Source: Octopus bimaculoides (Eukaryota). Taken from it: 63,402 bases of DNA. Numbering within the stretch: the stretch's first letter is position 1; the number at the start of each line of letters is the position of its first letter. A model generated the notes under the pieces. It saw only the letters and a program-made list of their open reading frames with translations, was not told the DNA's origin and did no database searches. Below, piece by piece: positions 24,380 to 36,697 of this stretch. Location of the stretch: the NCBI RefSeq assembly GCF_001194135.2, contig NC_068994.1:43741119-43804520 (forward strand), read 5' to 3'. The position numbers were made by a program, and so were the translations under genes.

Positions 24380-24600
24380 TTCTTTTATTCATTTCAGTCA
24401 TTAGATTGCAGCCATACAGGGGCACCGCCTTGAAGTGTTTAGTCAGTCCAAATTGACCTAAAAACTTGTTTTAAGTTTCATGGTACTTATTTTATCAGTT
24501 TTTATGTTTTACTAATAGAATAACAACCAGACTTATTCTATTGCCATAAACAAGCCAACACAACTTGTCAAGTGGTGAAGGACAAATAAAGACACTCTGC
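24380..24600 (-). mobile_element. SINE family A 3' part
   Basis: catttcagtcattagattgcagccatac...aacaagccaacacaacttgtcaag. Confidence 0.7.
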
Positions 24601-24714
24601 ACACACACATGTGTACACACACAATACATACTTATATACTTGTGTATATATATGAAGATGAGTGTGTAAACAACAAACAGATGTATTAGTTTAACGCTCA
24701 CGAAGTGAGAAAGT

Positions 24715-24750
24715 TTTTTACGTTTCCAACCTATTCTCTTCAACAGAAAG
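24715..24750 (-). ncRNA. degenerate second copy of the A6U hammerhead family
   Basis: Minus strand: CUUU-CUGUUGA-A-GAGA(AUAG)GUUG-GAAA-CG-UA/AAAA; stem II decayed; ACGU stem III intact. Confidence 0.45.
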
Positions 24751-24869
24751 GAACACAGAAATAAGCAAAGAGAGAAAAAGAAAAAAAAGTTTAGTGGCTA
24801 GCAATCAATCATGGTGATATATATGTATATGTGCGTGTGTGCATATATGTATATATATATTTTATTATA

Positions 24870-24969
24870 TTTATATTAAGGGCGTTACTACACATAAATG
24901 CATCATGCTATGAGGGACTCTTAAAGCATAGGGTGAGGCATTTATGTGTATTAATGCTCTTAATATAAA
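24870..24969. repeat. 100-bp hairpin / mini-MITE
   Basis: 32-nt arms tttatattaagggcgttactacacataaatgc / gcatttatgtgtattaatgctcttaatataaa (29/32 paired) with inner atgct/agcat stem. Confidence 0.7.
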
Positions 24970-25468
24970 TAAATATATTTAAAGGGAATACTTATGAATT
25001 TTTCCCTTATGAGGTTTTTCGCACTGACTACTTGATAAATTCTTATAAAAGTTTTATCCTATTTTTATACTTTATTATATATATATATTATATATATCAT
25101 GTGAGCACATGATTGACCAGTCTACGAGATGTTGTTACGCATCACTGGTTACATTGTGCACTGCATTCTTTTAGTTTTTCAATGATGCCATCCTACTAGC
25201 TAGGCAAGCAGGCCAACAGTCCCCATGATTGGAAGGCTATTTCATTGCAGGGTTAACCTTTTACAACTGAGTGAACTGGCACAATGTGAAATGAAGCATT
25301 TTACTTAAGAACCCTTCATTTCCCATTGCTCAATGTGCAGTGAGTCTGGGAATGAAAATCATAATCTCACAATTGTGAGTGCAGCACACCCGACCACTAG
25401 GTCCCATGTGCCTTCACTATATTATATATATAATATACAATATATATATACACATATATATATATATA

Positions 25469-25830
25469 AACGTAGTGTATAAATGCATAGTTAGAGACGA
25501 GGACAAACAAAATAAGTTTTATATTGAAAGCTCAGTGAATTTTAAAGCCAGGTATAGAGCACACATGAGTTCTTTTTCTAATGAGAAATACTATAATTCC
25601 ACAACACTCGCCTCTTACCTGCATGACCTCAAGAGGAGGAATAAGAAGTACTATCTTGAATGGTCAATCTTATCTAGAACCCCCCCCCCCNNNNNNNNNN
25701 NNNNNNNNNNNNNNNNNNNNNNNNNNNNNNNNNNNNNNNNNNNNNNNNNNNNNNNNNNNNCCATTCTTAGGTCTTTTGGGCTGAAAACCTTGAATAAGTT
25801 TATTGAGGTAATCCCTTTTTGCAATCACAA
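25469..25830 (+). pseudogene. GIY-YIG endonuclease domain of a Penelope-like retroelement (5'-truncated, RT absent)
   Basis: NVVYKCIV...YIESSVNFKARYRAHMSSFSNEKYYNSTTLASYLHDLK...LEWSIL...LNK...CNHK; YIG reads YIE; interrupted by an N gap; starts at a (TA)n tract. Confidence 0.85.
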
Positions 25831-26206
25831 ATTTTCCTCCACTTTCCTAAAACTATATAAAAATAAAAATAAGAACAAAAATAATAGTATTAGTAGTGGT
25901 AATAATGGTAGTAATAGTGATAATAATAGTAATGATAGAAATAAAAATAAAAATAAAGACAAAAATATTGATATAAAAATAATAAGAAGAATATGGATAC
26001 AATGGTAGTATTTATTTATTATCATAGCTTACGTTGGATTTGAAACCTAGTAGTTTTATTTAGTTACCAAACCTGCTTGACTATTCTATATTAAATTTTT
26101 TTTTTTTTGGGGGGGGTCTAGTCCATATTATTTATATAAGCTTGCTCTCATAATTATAATTTCTTTTTCTTTTTACTGGTGCCTTCGTTGGTGTTTGTGT
26201 GTGTTC

Positions 26207-26290
26207 TTTACCCTGAAGAGGGGGTTATCACTAGTTTGTGCTCTATGTTGCTCTAAATACGGTGATATACCCCCGAAATGGCCATAGGTG
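26207..26290 (+). ncRNA. type-I hammerhead ribozyme, canonical core
   Basis: UACC-CUGAAGA-GGGGGUUAUCAC...GUGAUAUACCCCC-GAAA-UGGCCA-UA/GGUG; stem III palindrome AUGGCCAU; predicted cut after 26286. Confidence 0.85.
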
Positions 26291-26684
26291 TTTTGTGTTT
26301 GTATTCCGACCTATGTTTGTAATCCATTGTAGATGATGTTAAATTAATGGATTGACTTTACCGATGTTACCTGCTGGATGTTTGTTTAATGTATCGACTT
26401 ATGTGCCTTGATTTCTTGGACTTAAATAACGTCAATGGTGAAATATGGATTTTACTTTGTTACACATAGGATGTTGTGTTATTATGTCGTCCCGTCTACT
26501 TCGGTATTCCTGTGTATGAATTACGAAATTGGATTTTACCTGCTAAATTTGCTGTCATGAGGGAAGTAATGAACTTTCGTACAATTTAGACTTAAACTTC
26601 TTTTATTAGCCATTAACCTTAACGAATGAACTATTTTACTACGTTTCCCTATGTATTATTTTTTTCTCTCTATATTATTTTTTC

Positions 26685-26716
<32 letters not shown>

Positions 26717-27899
26717 ATTCTACTATATCTGTGCCGGTCTATAATATTTTTAATCAACTTTTTAATCGCAGTTTATTTATTTATGTTATTCTATTATATT
26801 TTTAATCGATTTTATTCTTATGTATAAAATTTTGACTTCCCTTTGCTATTTTGGTTTATGCTGTACTTCCTATATGTGGTCATTGGTGGGCTTTAGATTT
26901 TCGAGTCGATGACCTAATGGTTCTATTCTGCAATTAACTTTGTAATTTTGTCTCAACTAGTTTGAGCACTTCTTTTACAGCCTTGTATAAATTCTATTGG
27001 TTTTCTAATACAAAACTGTTAATATTGAATAATTATATATATATATATGTCAGTAAATAGTGGGGTTGTGTTAACCGCACGTGGAGAGATAATAGGAAAA
27101 TGAAAAATAATAATAAGGTAGAACGCTAAACTNNNNNNNNNNNNNNNNNNNNNNNNNNNNNNNNNNNNNNNNNNNNNNNNNNNNNNNNNNNNNNNNNNNN
27201 NNNNNNNNNNNNNNNNNNNNNNNNNNNNNNNNNNNNNNNNNNNNNNNNNNNNNNNNNNNNNNNNNNNNNNNNNNNNNNNNNNNNNNNNNNNNNNNNNNNN
27301 NNNNNNNNNNNNNNNNNNNNNNNNNNNNNNNNNNNNNNNNNNNNNNNNNNNNNNNNNNNNNNNNNNNNNNNNNNNNNNNNNNNNNNNNNNNNNNNNNNNN
27401 NNNNNNNNNNNNNNNNNNNNNNNNNNNNNNNNNNNNNNNNNNNNNNNNNNNNNNNNNNNNNNNNNNNNNNNNNNNNNNNNNNNNNNNNNNNNNNNNNNNN
27501 NNNNNNNNNNNNNNNNNNNNNNNNNNNNNNNNNNNNNNNNNNNNNNNNNNNNNNNNNNNNNNNNNNNNNNNNNNNNNNNNNNNNNNNNNNNNNNNNNNNN
27601 NNNNNNNNNNNNNNNNNNNNNNNNNNNNNNNNNNNNNNNNNNNNNNNNNNNNNNNNNNNNNNNNNNNNACCATTGAACTTTAAAAGCTCAAAGACAATAT
27701 AATGTATTGGTATATTTATATTTTTATATATTATTTTTTTTATATATTATTTTCTTCATTTTTTTACTTCTTTGTAAAAAACATTTTCATTCTCCTTCTT
27801 CTTGAAAATTTTCTATGCTTCCAGTTTAGCATTCTGCCTTATTATTTTTCATTTTCCTATATATATATATATATATATATACATACATATATATATACA

Positions 27900-28075
27900 T
27901 ACATGTGTGTGCGTGCTTCCACACAGTTTCCATTTATGAAATTTACTTACAAGGTATTGGCTATTTCAGGACTATAATGAAAGATACTTGGCCAAAGTGT
28001 TGCACAGTGAGACCAAACCCCAGACTATGTTTTTGCAAAGCAAGCTTCTTAACTATACAGCCATGCTTGCCTGTC
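27900..28075 (-). mobile_element. SINE family A head
   Basis: gaaagatacttggccaaagtgttgcacagtg...aagcaagcttcttaactatacagccatgc. Confidence 0.7.
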
Positions 28076-28324
28076 TGCACCTATGTATGCACCAGTCTGG
28101 CACCACCACCCTTCGAAAAATACAGCAGTTAATAAAACTTTCTTGCATAAATGTGAGACTAACAAATTATGCCTGAGAGGAAATATGTCAATAAACTAAC
28201 GTCTACACTTCATTTACTGAAATACCCAGACAGAAAATAAATTGTAGACTTTGGTTGTAGATAGGTATAGTTATTAGTACAAGGCTTTTATTTTATAACG
28301 TACTCTGTGTGTGTGTGTGTGTGA

Positions 28325-28359
<35 letters not shown>

Positions 28360-29199
28360 TAAAAAGTGATTTCAATCATTCTAGTTTTAACATAAGACAC
28401 AGAGAATGTCTCAAAGCCGATAAATGTTATTCCTGTTCTTTCCATTCGCATCACAAGTTACAGTTAGAAAATGATGTACTACTGAAATAAAGAAGGATTT
28501 TTTTCTCTCTGTTATCCTATGAAAAGATTCTCTGCAAACCTGAAATAAAAATAACAATTAAAAAAAAACAACAAAATTTACAAGAAGAAAACCGATTCCA
28601 TTTTTATCCCTTGCTAATTTATCTATAAGTCAGATGTTTCAATGTTTTATCTTATTCAGTTCTTTAGAGTTACTCTCCACAAAAATGTTATTTAGCAAGA
28701 TGATGGCCTGTAATTTACTGTTTACTATACATCCATTTTCTGTACTGATTTTTGATGCATGAATTTGCAAAGTTACATACTTACACATAGCTGATATTTT
28801 ACAGTTGGGCATGATTCTTAATAAGAAATCACAATAACTTTATTTTGCAGTAATGGTACAACAGTAATATTAATTCACATAAACAGGATTCTATTTCATC
28901 CATAAAATGATGGCTCTTTCTATTTTCATCTCATTCATTAACTAAGGTATTCTTCTTATAAATCTTTAATAGGATACAAATGAACTCAAATATTGCTTAA
29001 TATAAAATTGAAGATCAGATATTTCATATTTAAGGATATCCTGAAAGAATGCTATCTAATATTAAGGTCAACTGTTAAAGATATCTCTAGGGTCTTGTAA
29101 AATTAGTTATATAGATTAACCAGAGCCATTTTTGTAGAGCAATTAGAGGGGTAACTTCTCTTGGCACAATATTTGAGTAGGCAACTAAGGCATGGTCAC

Positions 29200-29390
29200 A
29201 GATCTTTATAGACACACCTAGCTGCAGGCAAGGTAGTGTTGCTAAGAAGTTTGTCTTGGAACCACATGCTGCTGAGTTCATTCCTGTTGTTTGGCACCTT
29301 AGGCATTTCTAGTATCATTGCTTCAAGTTGATCCAAGCTCTGTGAGAGAAATTTGACAAAGAAATTGTATAGATGCCTGTGATTTATATA
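29200..29390 (+). mobile_element. SINE family A head, diverged
   Basis: gtagtgttgctaagaagtttg...aaccacatg...tggcaccttaggc...aagctctgtgagagaaatttg. Confidence 0.6.
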
Positions 29391-29420
29391 TGCATACATA
29401 ATACTTAGTCATTAAGATAA

Positions 29421-29635
29421 GGCAGGAAGCTGACAGAATCATTAGCATGCTGAGAAAAATGCTTAGTGGCATTTCATTCATCCCTACATTCTGGGTTCAA
29501 ATTCTGCTGGGATCGACTTTGCTTTTCATCCTCTTGAGATTGATAAATTAAGTACCAGTTGAGCATTGGGGGCGATGTAATCAATTTATCTCCTCACCTG
29601 AATCTTTTGGCCTTGTGCCAAAATCTGAAGTCAAT
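29421..29635 (+). mobile_element. SINE family B-related copy
   Basis: ggcaggaagctgacagaatcattagc...gggttcaaattctgctgggatcgactttgcttttcatcc...aagtaccagttgagc. Confidence 0.8.
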
Positions 29636-30081
29636 ATTTTATCCCTAAAGACATGTAGCTCCCTAGAAAAGGACATAATTCAAGATAAACTTAAGATAAA
29701 AATTGATAAAAATATGTACCAGGTTAAGTACTGGAATTAATAAATTTTATGTGGTTTGTTTTTTAGGAAGTTATCACTTTTTAGGGAATGGATATTGCAA
29801 TGAAACACAAATTTACAACACTGTATAGAAACAGAAATGCACTTACACACATACATGCATACATATACATATATAAATGACTGGTTTCTGTACAGCTTCT
29901 TTTAAAGGTGGCATTCCAATGATTAAATCCAGCAAAAGAAAATTATTGACAAAAATATAAAACTAAATTGTAAAATGTGACTTCAGTTACCCCTTTTGGC
30001 ACCACCCAGCCTTGACTATAACCATCAATACTTTATCCCAGACTACATAATCTAAAATACTCTTCTCTCATTTTTTTAATA

Positions 30082-30285
30082 ATGGTTTTTCAAATTTTGG
30101 CACAAGGCCAGCAATTTCAGGGGTGGGATAAGTCAATTACATTGACTACACTGTTCAACTGGTACTTATTTTATAAACCCCAAAAGGATGAAGGGCAAAA
30201 TTTGAACTCAGAACATAAAGATGAACAAAATGCCACTAGACATTTTGCCAAATACGCTAACATTTCTGCAAGCTTGCTACCTTCG
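30082..30285 (-). mobile_element. SINE family B-related copy
   Basis: caaattttggcacaaggccagc...aactggtacttattttataaaccc...ttgaactcagaac...ctgcaagcttgctacc. Confidence 0.75.
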
Positions 30286-30813
30286 TCTCTATTTTTTTAA
30301 TAACAGAGTGTGATGTGATGTGCAAAATATTTAGCAGTTATTTCTAGCAGGTCATGGTGACCAATCTAATGTCTCCCTTTGTGGTTCAGTAGTAAATTGT
30401 TTTAATAGTGCTGCTGTTCTTGATAACAAGAGTGCTCTAACGAATGCTATGACAAGGAAGGAATAAATGAAATGCAAATAAATATATGCGTATGTTTATT
30501 TTGTACTATTTAAATTGATTCCTTACATGTTTAGTGCCACCTTATAAAGGTTTAGATGCAATACATTCTAATATCACACAGAAAACGATTTTTTTCCTGA
30601 AGTTCACACCTCACAAAATATATTGACTTTTAAGAAACATTAGCTTTGTTCTCAGAATCAATTTTTTTGGTAGGTAAACTCTAATTCCTTGATTTCTTTT
30701 TCTTCTTCATTCTGGATAAATTTATTGCAAATTATTAGTTATTAACTAACTATTAATACCGCTCTGTACTGAAGTTAGTAATATTTCTGCACACACATAG
30801 ACACACACACATG

Positions 30814-30856
<43 letters not shown>

Positions 30857-31494
30857 GGTTTCCTTCTGTTTCTAATTCGCACAATTTTATAATTTATTAA
30901 GTCATCTGACAACTACATTTGCATTTCATTCTTTACACAGGTCGTTTCAGCTTTGTCATTGCTAAACTACACAATTCTCCATCTATTAAATAATCACATT
31001 AGCTTCATCTACATTTCTTTACTTTAAACACATTTTGTCATATTTTTGTCCTCAGTTTCCGACTCTTAAATCTCTTTCTTCTCAATATAAAATTCTGTGT
31101 TACAGACCAATGGCTAAAGCTTGCATTTTTAACCTAACAAAATACGCTGAGTCATTGATTTTTATCGCAGCAGCGCTCTGTAGAAGTATAACACATATGC
31201 ACACTCACTTATAAAAACAAACAAACAAAAATAACGACATGAAATAAAATAAAAATATAAAAAAAAGGACTTATATTACACAAACAACTTTGATTTTTAT
31301 ATCCCTGAACATAAAAACCTGCAAAATCACTTTTCACATCAATGGGTATTGATTAAAGGTTTTATATAATTTCCAGTCATTATCAAGAGTGTATTTTTAT
31401 TTTTTTTTTGATACTTGAAAGATACACTTACATTATTTAGGATTAATGGCATATATCTTAGCTTTAGATTGCTTGAATATGCATTCGCTTTATT

Positions 31495-32395
31495 TATTTA
31501 TTTATTTATACATACATACATACATACATACATACATGTGTGTATGTATATATATATGTATTTATATATATCTATATGTATGTATGTATATATATATGTA
31601 TTTATATATATCTATATGTGTGTATATATACATATATATATATATGCATACATATATGTATATATATATATGTATTTATATATATCTATGTGTGTATATA
31701 TACATATATATATATATGCATACATATATGTATATATATATGTATATATACACACATAAATATATACATCTATATATATGTATGTATACATATATATATA
31801 TATGCATACATATATGTATATATATATATATATGTATATATACACACATAAATATATACATCTATATATATGTATGTATACATATATATATATATGCATA
31901 CATATGTGTATATATATATATATGTATATATACACACATAAATATAAACATCTATATATATGTATGTATATATATATATTATATATATATATGTATTTAT
32001 ATATATCTATATGTGTGTATATATACATATATGTATATATACACACATAAATATATACATCTATATATATGTATGTATATATATATATATGTATTTATAT
32101 ATATCTATATATATGTATGTATATATATATATATGTATTTATATATATCTATATATATGTATGTATATATATATGTATTTATATATATCTATATATGTAT
32201 TTATATATATCTATATATATGTATGTATATATATATATGTATTTATATATATCTATATATATGTATGTATATATATATATGTATTTATATATATCTATAT
32301 ATATGTATGTATATATATGTATTTATATATATCTATATATATATATATGTATGTATATATATATATATATATTCACACACATACACACATACACA
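31495..32395. repeat. complex (TA)-derived minisatellite
   Basis: Recurrent units such as tatatatctatatatatgtatgtatatatatatgtatt; explains the 329-aa Y/I/M/C ORF. Confidence 0.9.
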
Positions 32396-33544
32396 CATAA
32401 AAATTTATCAGGAATATCTTCGTGAAGTTTCTTAAAACCCATACAAACATATTATTTCTGCTCAGTAACTCATGTTTCTGTAATTTTGATCAATAACTGA
32501 ACCAATATGTTGTTTCCTTTCTTTTCTTCTTTATTTATTTATTTATCTATCTATTTATTTATATATTTAAAAAATTTTTCTCTTTTACCTTTATTTTTTA
32601 TTTTCATGTTTTTATTTTTCATTTATTTATATTTTTTTTTCACATTTTGGTCTTCATTGTTGAAAACTGTCCACAGTTTTTCTGGTCAATAACAAATGTC
32701 TACGTTATTTCAAGAACAATGGTAAAGTTACTGAATTTTTTTTTTTTTTTTTCATTAGTTACAAATGTTTACATTATTTCTGATAACTAAAGAAGTTTCC
32801 ATTATTTATGTCCAATAACAACGGAACATTCCATTGCTAATCAATAAAGCAATAATAATCCCAGAGCAGATCAATAATGGCAAGCAACACTATCATAACT
32901 CATCATAGACACACATGGAATCAGTGGCCGTCCTCAATAAAAAAAAAAATAATAAATAAATGAAAACTCCATGAACTGATGTTAAATAACAAATGGTCAT
33001 CAGATTTCACTAATAAAAAAAAAGCCNNNNNNNNNNNNNNNNNNNNNNNNNNNNNNNNNNNNNNNNNNNNNNNNNNNNNNNNNNNNNNNNNNNNNNNNNN
33101 NNNNNNNNNNNNNNNNNNNNNNNNNNNNNNNNNNNNNNNNNNNNNNNNNNNNNNNNNNNNNNNNNNNNNNNNNNNNNNNNNNNNNNNNNNNNNNNNNNNN
33201 NNNNNNGTAATACTGTGTATTATTTTCAAAATAGTGTAATGTATGCAGTACAGAATATGTTCAGTATAGTGTAATGTATGCAGTATTATGTACTGTGTTC
33301 TACACAGGTAATGTGTTCTGTACACTGTGATGTGTTCACTGCAGTGTAATGTATGGCAGAACATTATTTTATGTTCTAATGATTCTAGCCAAGCTTTTGC
33401 CAATCATACTTAACCAGTGCCTCTCCACTTACTACAACATACCAGGGTACCATACTGAAGGCTCATCTGCTCTCTCAGCTGAGGGTCACATCTTGTAAAT
33501 TACTTTGTGACCTCACTGCTACAACCAGATCACTCTACATACAA

Positions 33545-33730
33545 AGTACCCAGTCCACTCCACAATGTAAAGTGGTTGGCATTTGGAAGGGCATTGAGCC
33601 ATAATAACGATGCCAAAACAGACAGCAAAGTTTGGTGCAGCCTTTAGAATTACTAGTCCCTGTCAAACTGTCCAACTCATGCCAGCATGGCCAAAAACAG
33701 ATGTCAAGTGATGAGGAGGATAATAATGAT
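33545..33730 (+). mobile_element. retroposon family D, diverged
   Basis: gtggttggcatttggaagggcatt...ccaactcatgccagcatgg...gatgaggaggataat. Confidence 0.7.
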
Positions 33731-33734
33731 ACAT

Positions 33735-34100
33735 ACGCATGGCTGTATGGTAAGAAGTTTGCCTCCCAATCACATGGTTGCAGGTTCAGTCTCACTGCAT
33801 GCACCTTGGGCAAGTATCTTCTACTATGGCCCCAGGCTTATCAAAATCATGAGAGTGGATTTGGTTGATGGATACTAAAAGAAGCCTACCATATATATGT
33901 GAGTTTGTGTATCTGTGTGTGTGTGTATGTGCATGTGTGTGTTTGTCCCTCACCATCACTTGACAACCGGTATTGGTGTGACTACATTCCTGTAACTTAG
34001 TGATTCAGCGAAAGAGACTGACTGGCTTTAAAATGAAATAAGTACTGGGGTTGATTCAGCAACTAAAATTTTTTAGAGTGGTGCCCCAGCATAGCCATAG
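33735..34100 (+). mobile_element. SINE family A, diverged near-full copy
   Basis: gcatggctgtatggtaagaagtttgcctcccaatcacatgg...ccttgggcaagtatcttctactat...gtgccccagcatagcc. Confidence 0.8.
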
Positions 34101-34789
34101 TCTTTTTGATGAATAGCTTTTTTTCTTTTTCTTTTAGTGAGGAAGAAATGCAATGACTATGACCTTGGTAGCATTAAACTGGTTAAGTATGATTGGCAAT
34201 GAGATAAATCTACCTCTCAAGTAGACCTAGGTGAGATTTGAACTCAAAATGCAAAGGCCAAAACAAATATTACTAGGCTTCAGGTGTCTAATGCTCTTAT
34301 GTCTTCACCAATCAGTCACCTTGGATTTGGTGATTTTTGTTTGTTGATTCTGAAAAAATGAAAGACAAAAGTTGACATAGATAGGATTTGAACTCAGAGA
34401 GCTGGAAGTCAGAACAATTAATGTAAAGCACCCTATCAGACATTCTAATGACTCTGCTAATTTGTTGCTAAGGATGTAAACAAACCAACACCAGTTGTCA
34501 AGAAGCGAATGACAAAAACACTAACATGTCTTTACTGAATAGATCAACCACCATGTTTGAAATATGAAGTTTATTTTTCACTGAGCAAGATTTTATGAAA
34601 TGCATAAAATTAACAAAGGCGTATAAATTATCCAAGACATTTTCATCATTGCTTTGGTGAATAATCTATTAAATCTATACATTAATTTCCAATGTGTAAA
34701 ACTTTGACTTCTGATATATTCTTGATGGACTTTTATTATCAAGGTTAATTAAAATATGATATTGATTATATCACATTCTACTGATTTCA

Positions 34790-35003
34790 CCCTTTTGATA
34801 TCATCCCGCTTGAGATCAACCTTGATTCTATGGTACAAACTTCGTGTTTTAAAGTTATCTAAATTAAAACCTTCCAACAAAATTTTATGTTAATATCAGT
34901 TCCAAACAACATGGTAATGACAAAATTATTTTACGACATTCTTCATTATTTTTCAAAATTAATTGAAACAAAAGCAGTATAGTTTAATATGATAACAAAA
35001 GAG
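34790..35003. mobile_element. piggyBac-like MITE (family 2); related copy about 58490-58697
   Basis: ttca|cccttttgata...taacaaaagag|ttaa ends; internal ttttcaaaattaatt(g/a)aaacaaaa shared with the copy near 58640. Confidence 0.55.
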
Positions 35004-35104
35004 TTAAGGTTACAAGACACAATGTAATAATATATGACGTATTCCATAAGTGACATTAATTCATTAATTATTTTTCTGATTATAGGTCTGTATTTGTTGG
35101 TTAA

Positions 35105-35406
35105 AACGACCAGGGTTCCAGTTGATCCAGTCAACAGAACAGCCTGCTCGTGAAATTAACGGGCAAGTAGCTGAGTACCCCACAAACACATGTACCCATA
35201 ATGTAGTTCTCAGGGAGATTCAGTATGACACAGAGTTTGACAAGGCTGGCATTTTGAAACACAGGTACTACTCATTTTTGCCATTTGAGTGGACTGGAGC
35301 AACATGAAATAAGTGTCTTGCTCAAGGACACATGCCACCAGGTATTGAACTCATGACCTTACAATCATGAGCCGAATACTCTAACCACTAAACCACACAC
35401 CTTCAC
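35105..35406 (-). mobile_element. SINE family C copy
   Basis: gggttccagttgatccagtcaacagaacagcctgctcgtgaaattaacg shared with 15262-15611. Confidence 0.8.
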
Positions 35407-35442
35407 AGTCTGTATTATATTGTATCAATATAATAAATGTAA

Positions 35443-35677
35443 GTGTGGCAAGCTGGCAGAATCGTTAGCACACCGGGCCAAAGGCTTAGTGGTATTTCAT
35501 CTGCCATTACACTCTAAGTTCAAATTCTGCCGAGGTCAACTTTGCCTTTCGTCCTTTCGGGTTTGATTAAATAAGTACCAGTTATGCACTGGTATTCGAT
35601 GTAATTGACTTAATCCTTTTGTCTATCCTTGTTTGTGTTCCCTCTATGTTTAGCCCCCTGTTGGCAATAAAGAAATA
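35443..35677 (+). mobile_element. SINE family B full copy with 16-bp target-site duplication
   Basis: Flanked by aatataataaatgtaa at 35427-35442 and 35678-35693. Confidence 0.92.
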
Positions 35678-36049
35678 AATATAATAAATGTAATCATCAT
35701 CATAGTCATCATCATTATCATTGTTATAGTTGCAATATATGTTCTCTCGTGCTTATATATTTTGGTCAGGCCTACAGAACATGATATTCTCTCTTTATAT
35801 ACATGAATCTGTATCATCTTATCTGTTAGGCTTACCTTTCGTAACTGAGTTGTTAAATTGTCCCAAAACTATTTATCTTTATCTTTTGTATTCTTTACAC
35901 TGTGTAAGATATTGGGATCATTTCTTTATCAAATAAGATTAAAATGTTTTATTTGTTTTACAATCACACACATGCACGCATACACACACACACAGTCATA
36001 TATATGTTGTTGTTATTATTATTATTAGTATTACTATTATTATTATATT

Positions 36050-36180
36050 CAAATTCCACTGTGGTCGTCTTTGCCCTTCATCCTTTCGGGGTCAATAAAT
36101 TAAGTACCAGTTGAATACTGGGGTTGATGTAACCGACTAGTCCCTTCTCCCAAATTTTAGGCCTTGTGTCTATAGTAGAA
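36050..36180 (+). mobile_element. SINE family B-related 3' part
   Basis: ttcaaattccactg...ttcatcctttcggggtcaataaattaagtaccagttg...ggccttgtgtctatagtagaaagg. Confidence 0.75.
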
Positions 36181-36697
36181 AGGATAATAATAATAATAAT
36201 TATTATTATTATCATTATTATTATTATCATTATTATTATTATTATTATTATGGTAACAAGACAACAGATGTTCTGATTATGAACAGATTGAAAGCACTGA
36301 GCCATTTATTACTTAAATATATAATTCTGAAGTCCAATTCTTTAATACATTATTAATACTTCTTAAACTTCTCAGACTTGTCTCAATAATCCACTTGTCA
36401 AAAATATTAGAGAAACCTAGATTGTTGTTAACAGATCAGTTTTTCTGTTCTTAATTTGTTGTTATCTGATCCTAACCATTATGCTATCTCAAGTTCAAGC
36501 TTCAGCACCACCTATATCACTAGGTAACAGGACTTCACATATCTCCTATTTTCAGTATAAGTTACCCATAAAATTTATATTCATTATTATATTTCATTAC
36601 TCAGAACATTTGTTTTGTGTTAGGGTTTTTTCTTCATGCTAACAACCAAGTCTAAACCTTTTAACTGCAAAATTAAATTTCATGATTATTCTAGTAA

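Larger units (their letters stand above)
25469..27132 (+). mobile_element. Penelope-like element 3' portion with pLTR-like UTR
   Basis: GIY-YIG ORF followed by T-rich UTR carrying a hammerhead in the same orientation; 3' limit approximate. Confidence 0.7.

Noticed and set aside
31446-32435. 329-aa ORF and the many other Y/I/C/V/H/T-rich or poly-amino-acid ORFs
   Set aside because: Translations of (TA)n/(CA)n/trinucleotide repeats lacking stops; not genes
32945-33010. Minus-strand CUGAUGA followed by a CCAU/AUGG-closed stem
   Set aside because: No GAAA or cleavage triplet follows
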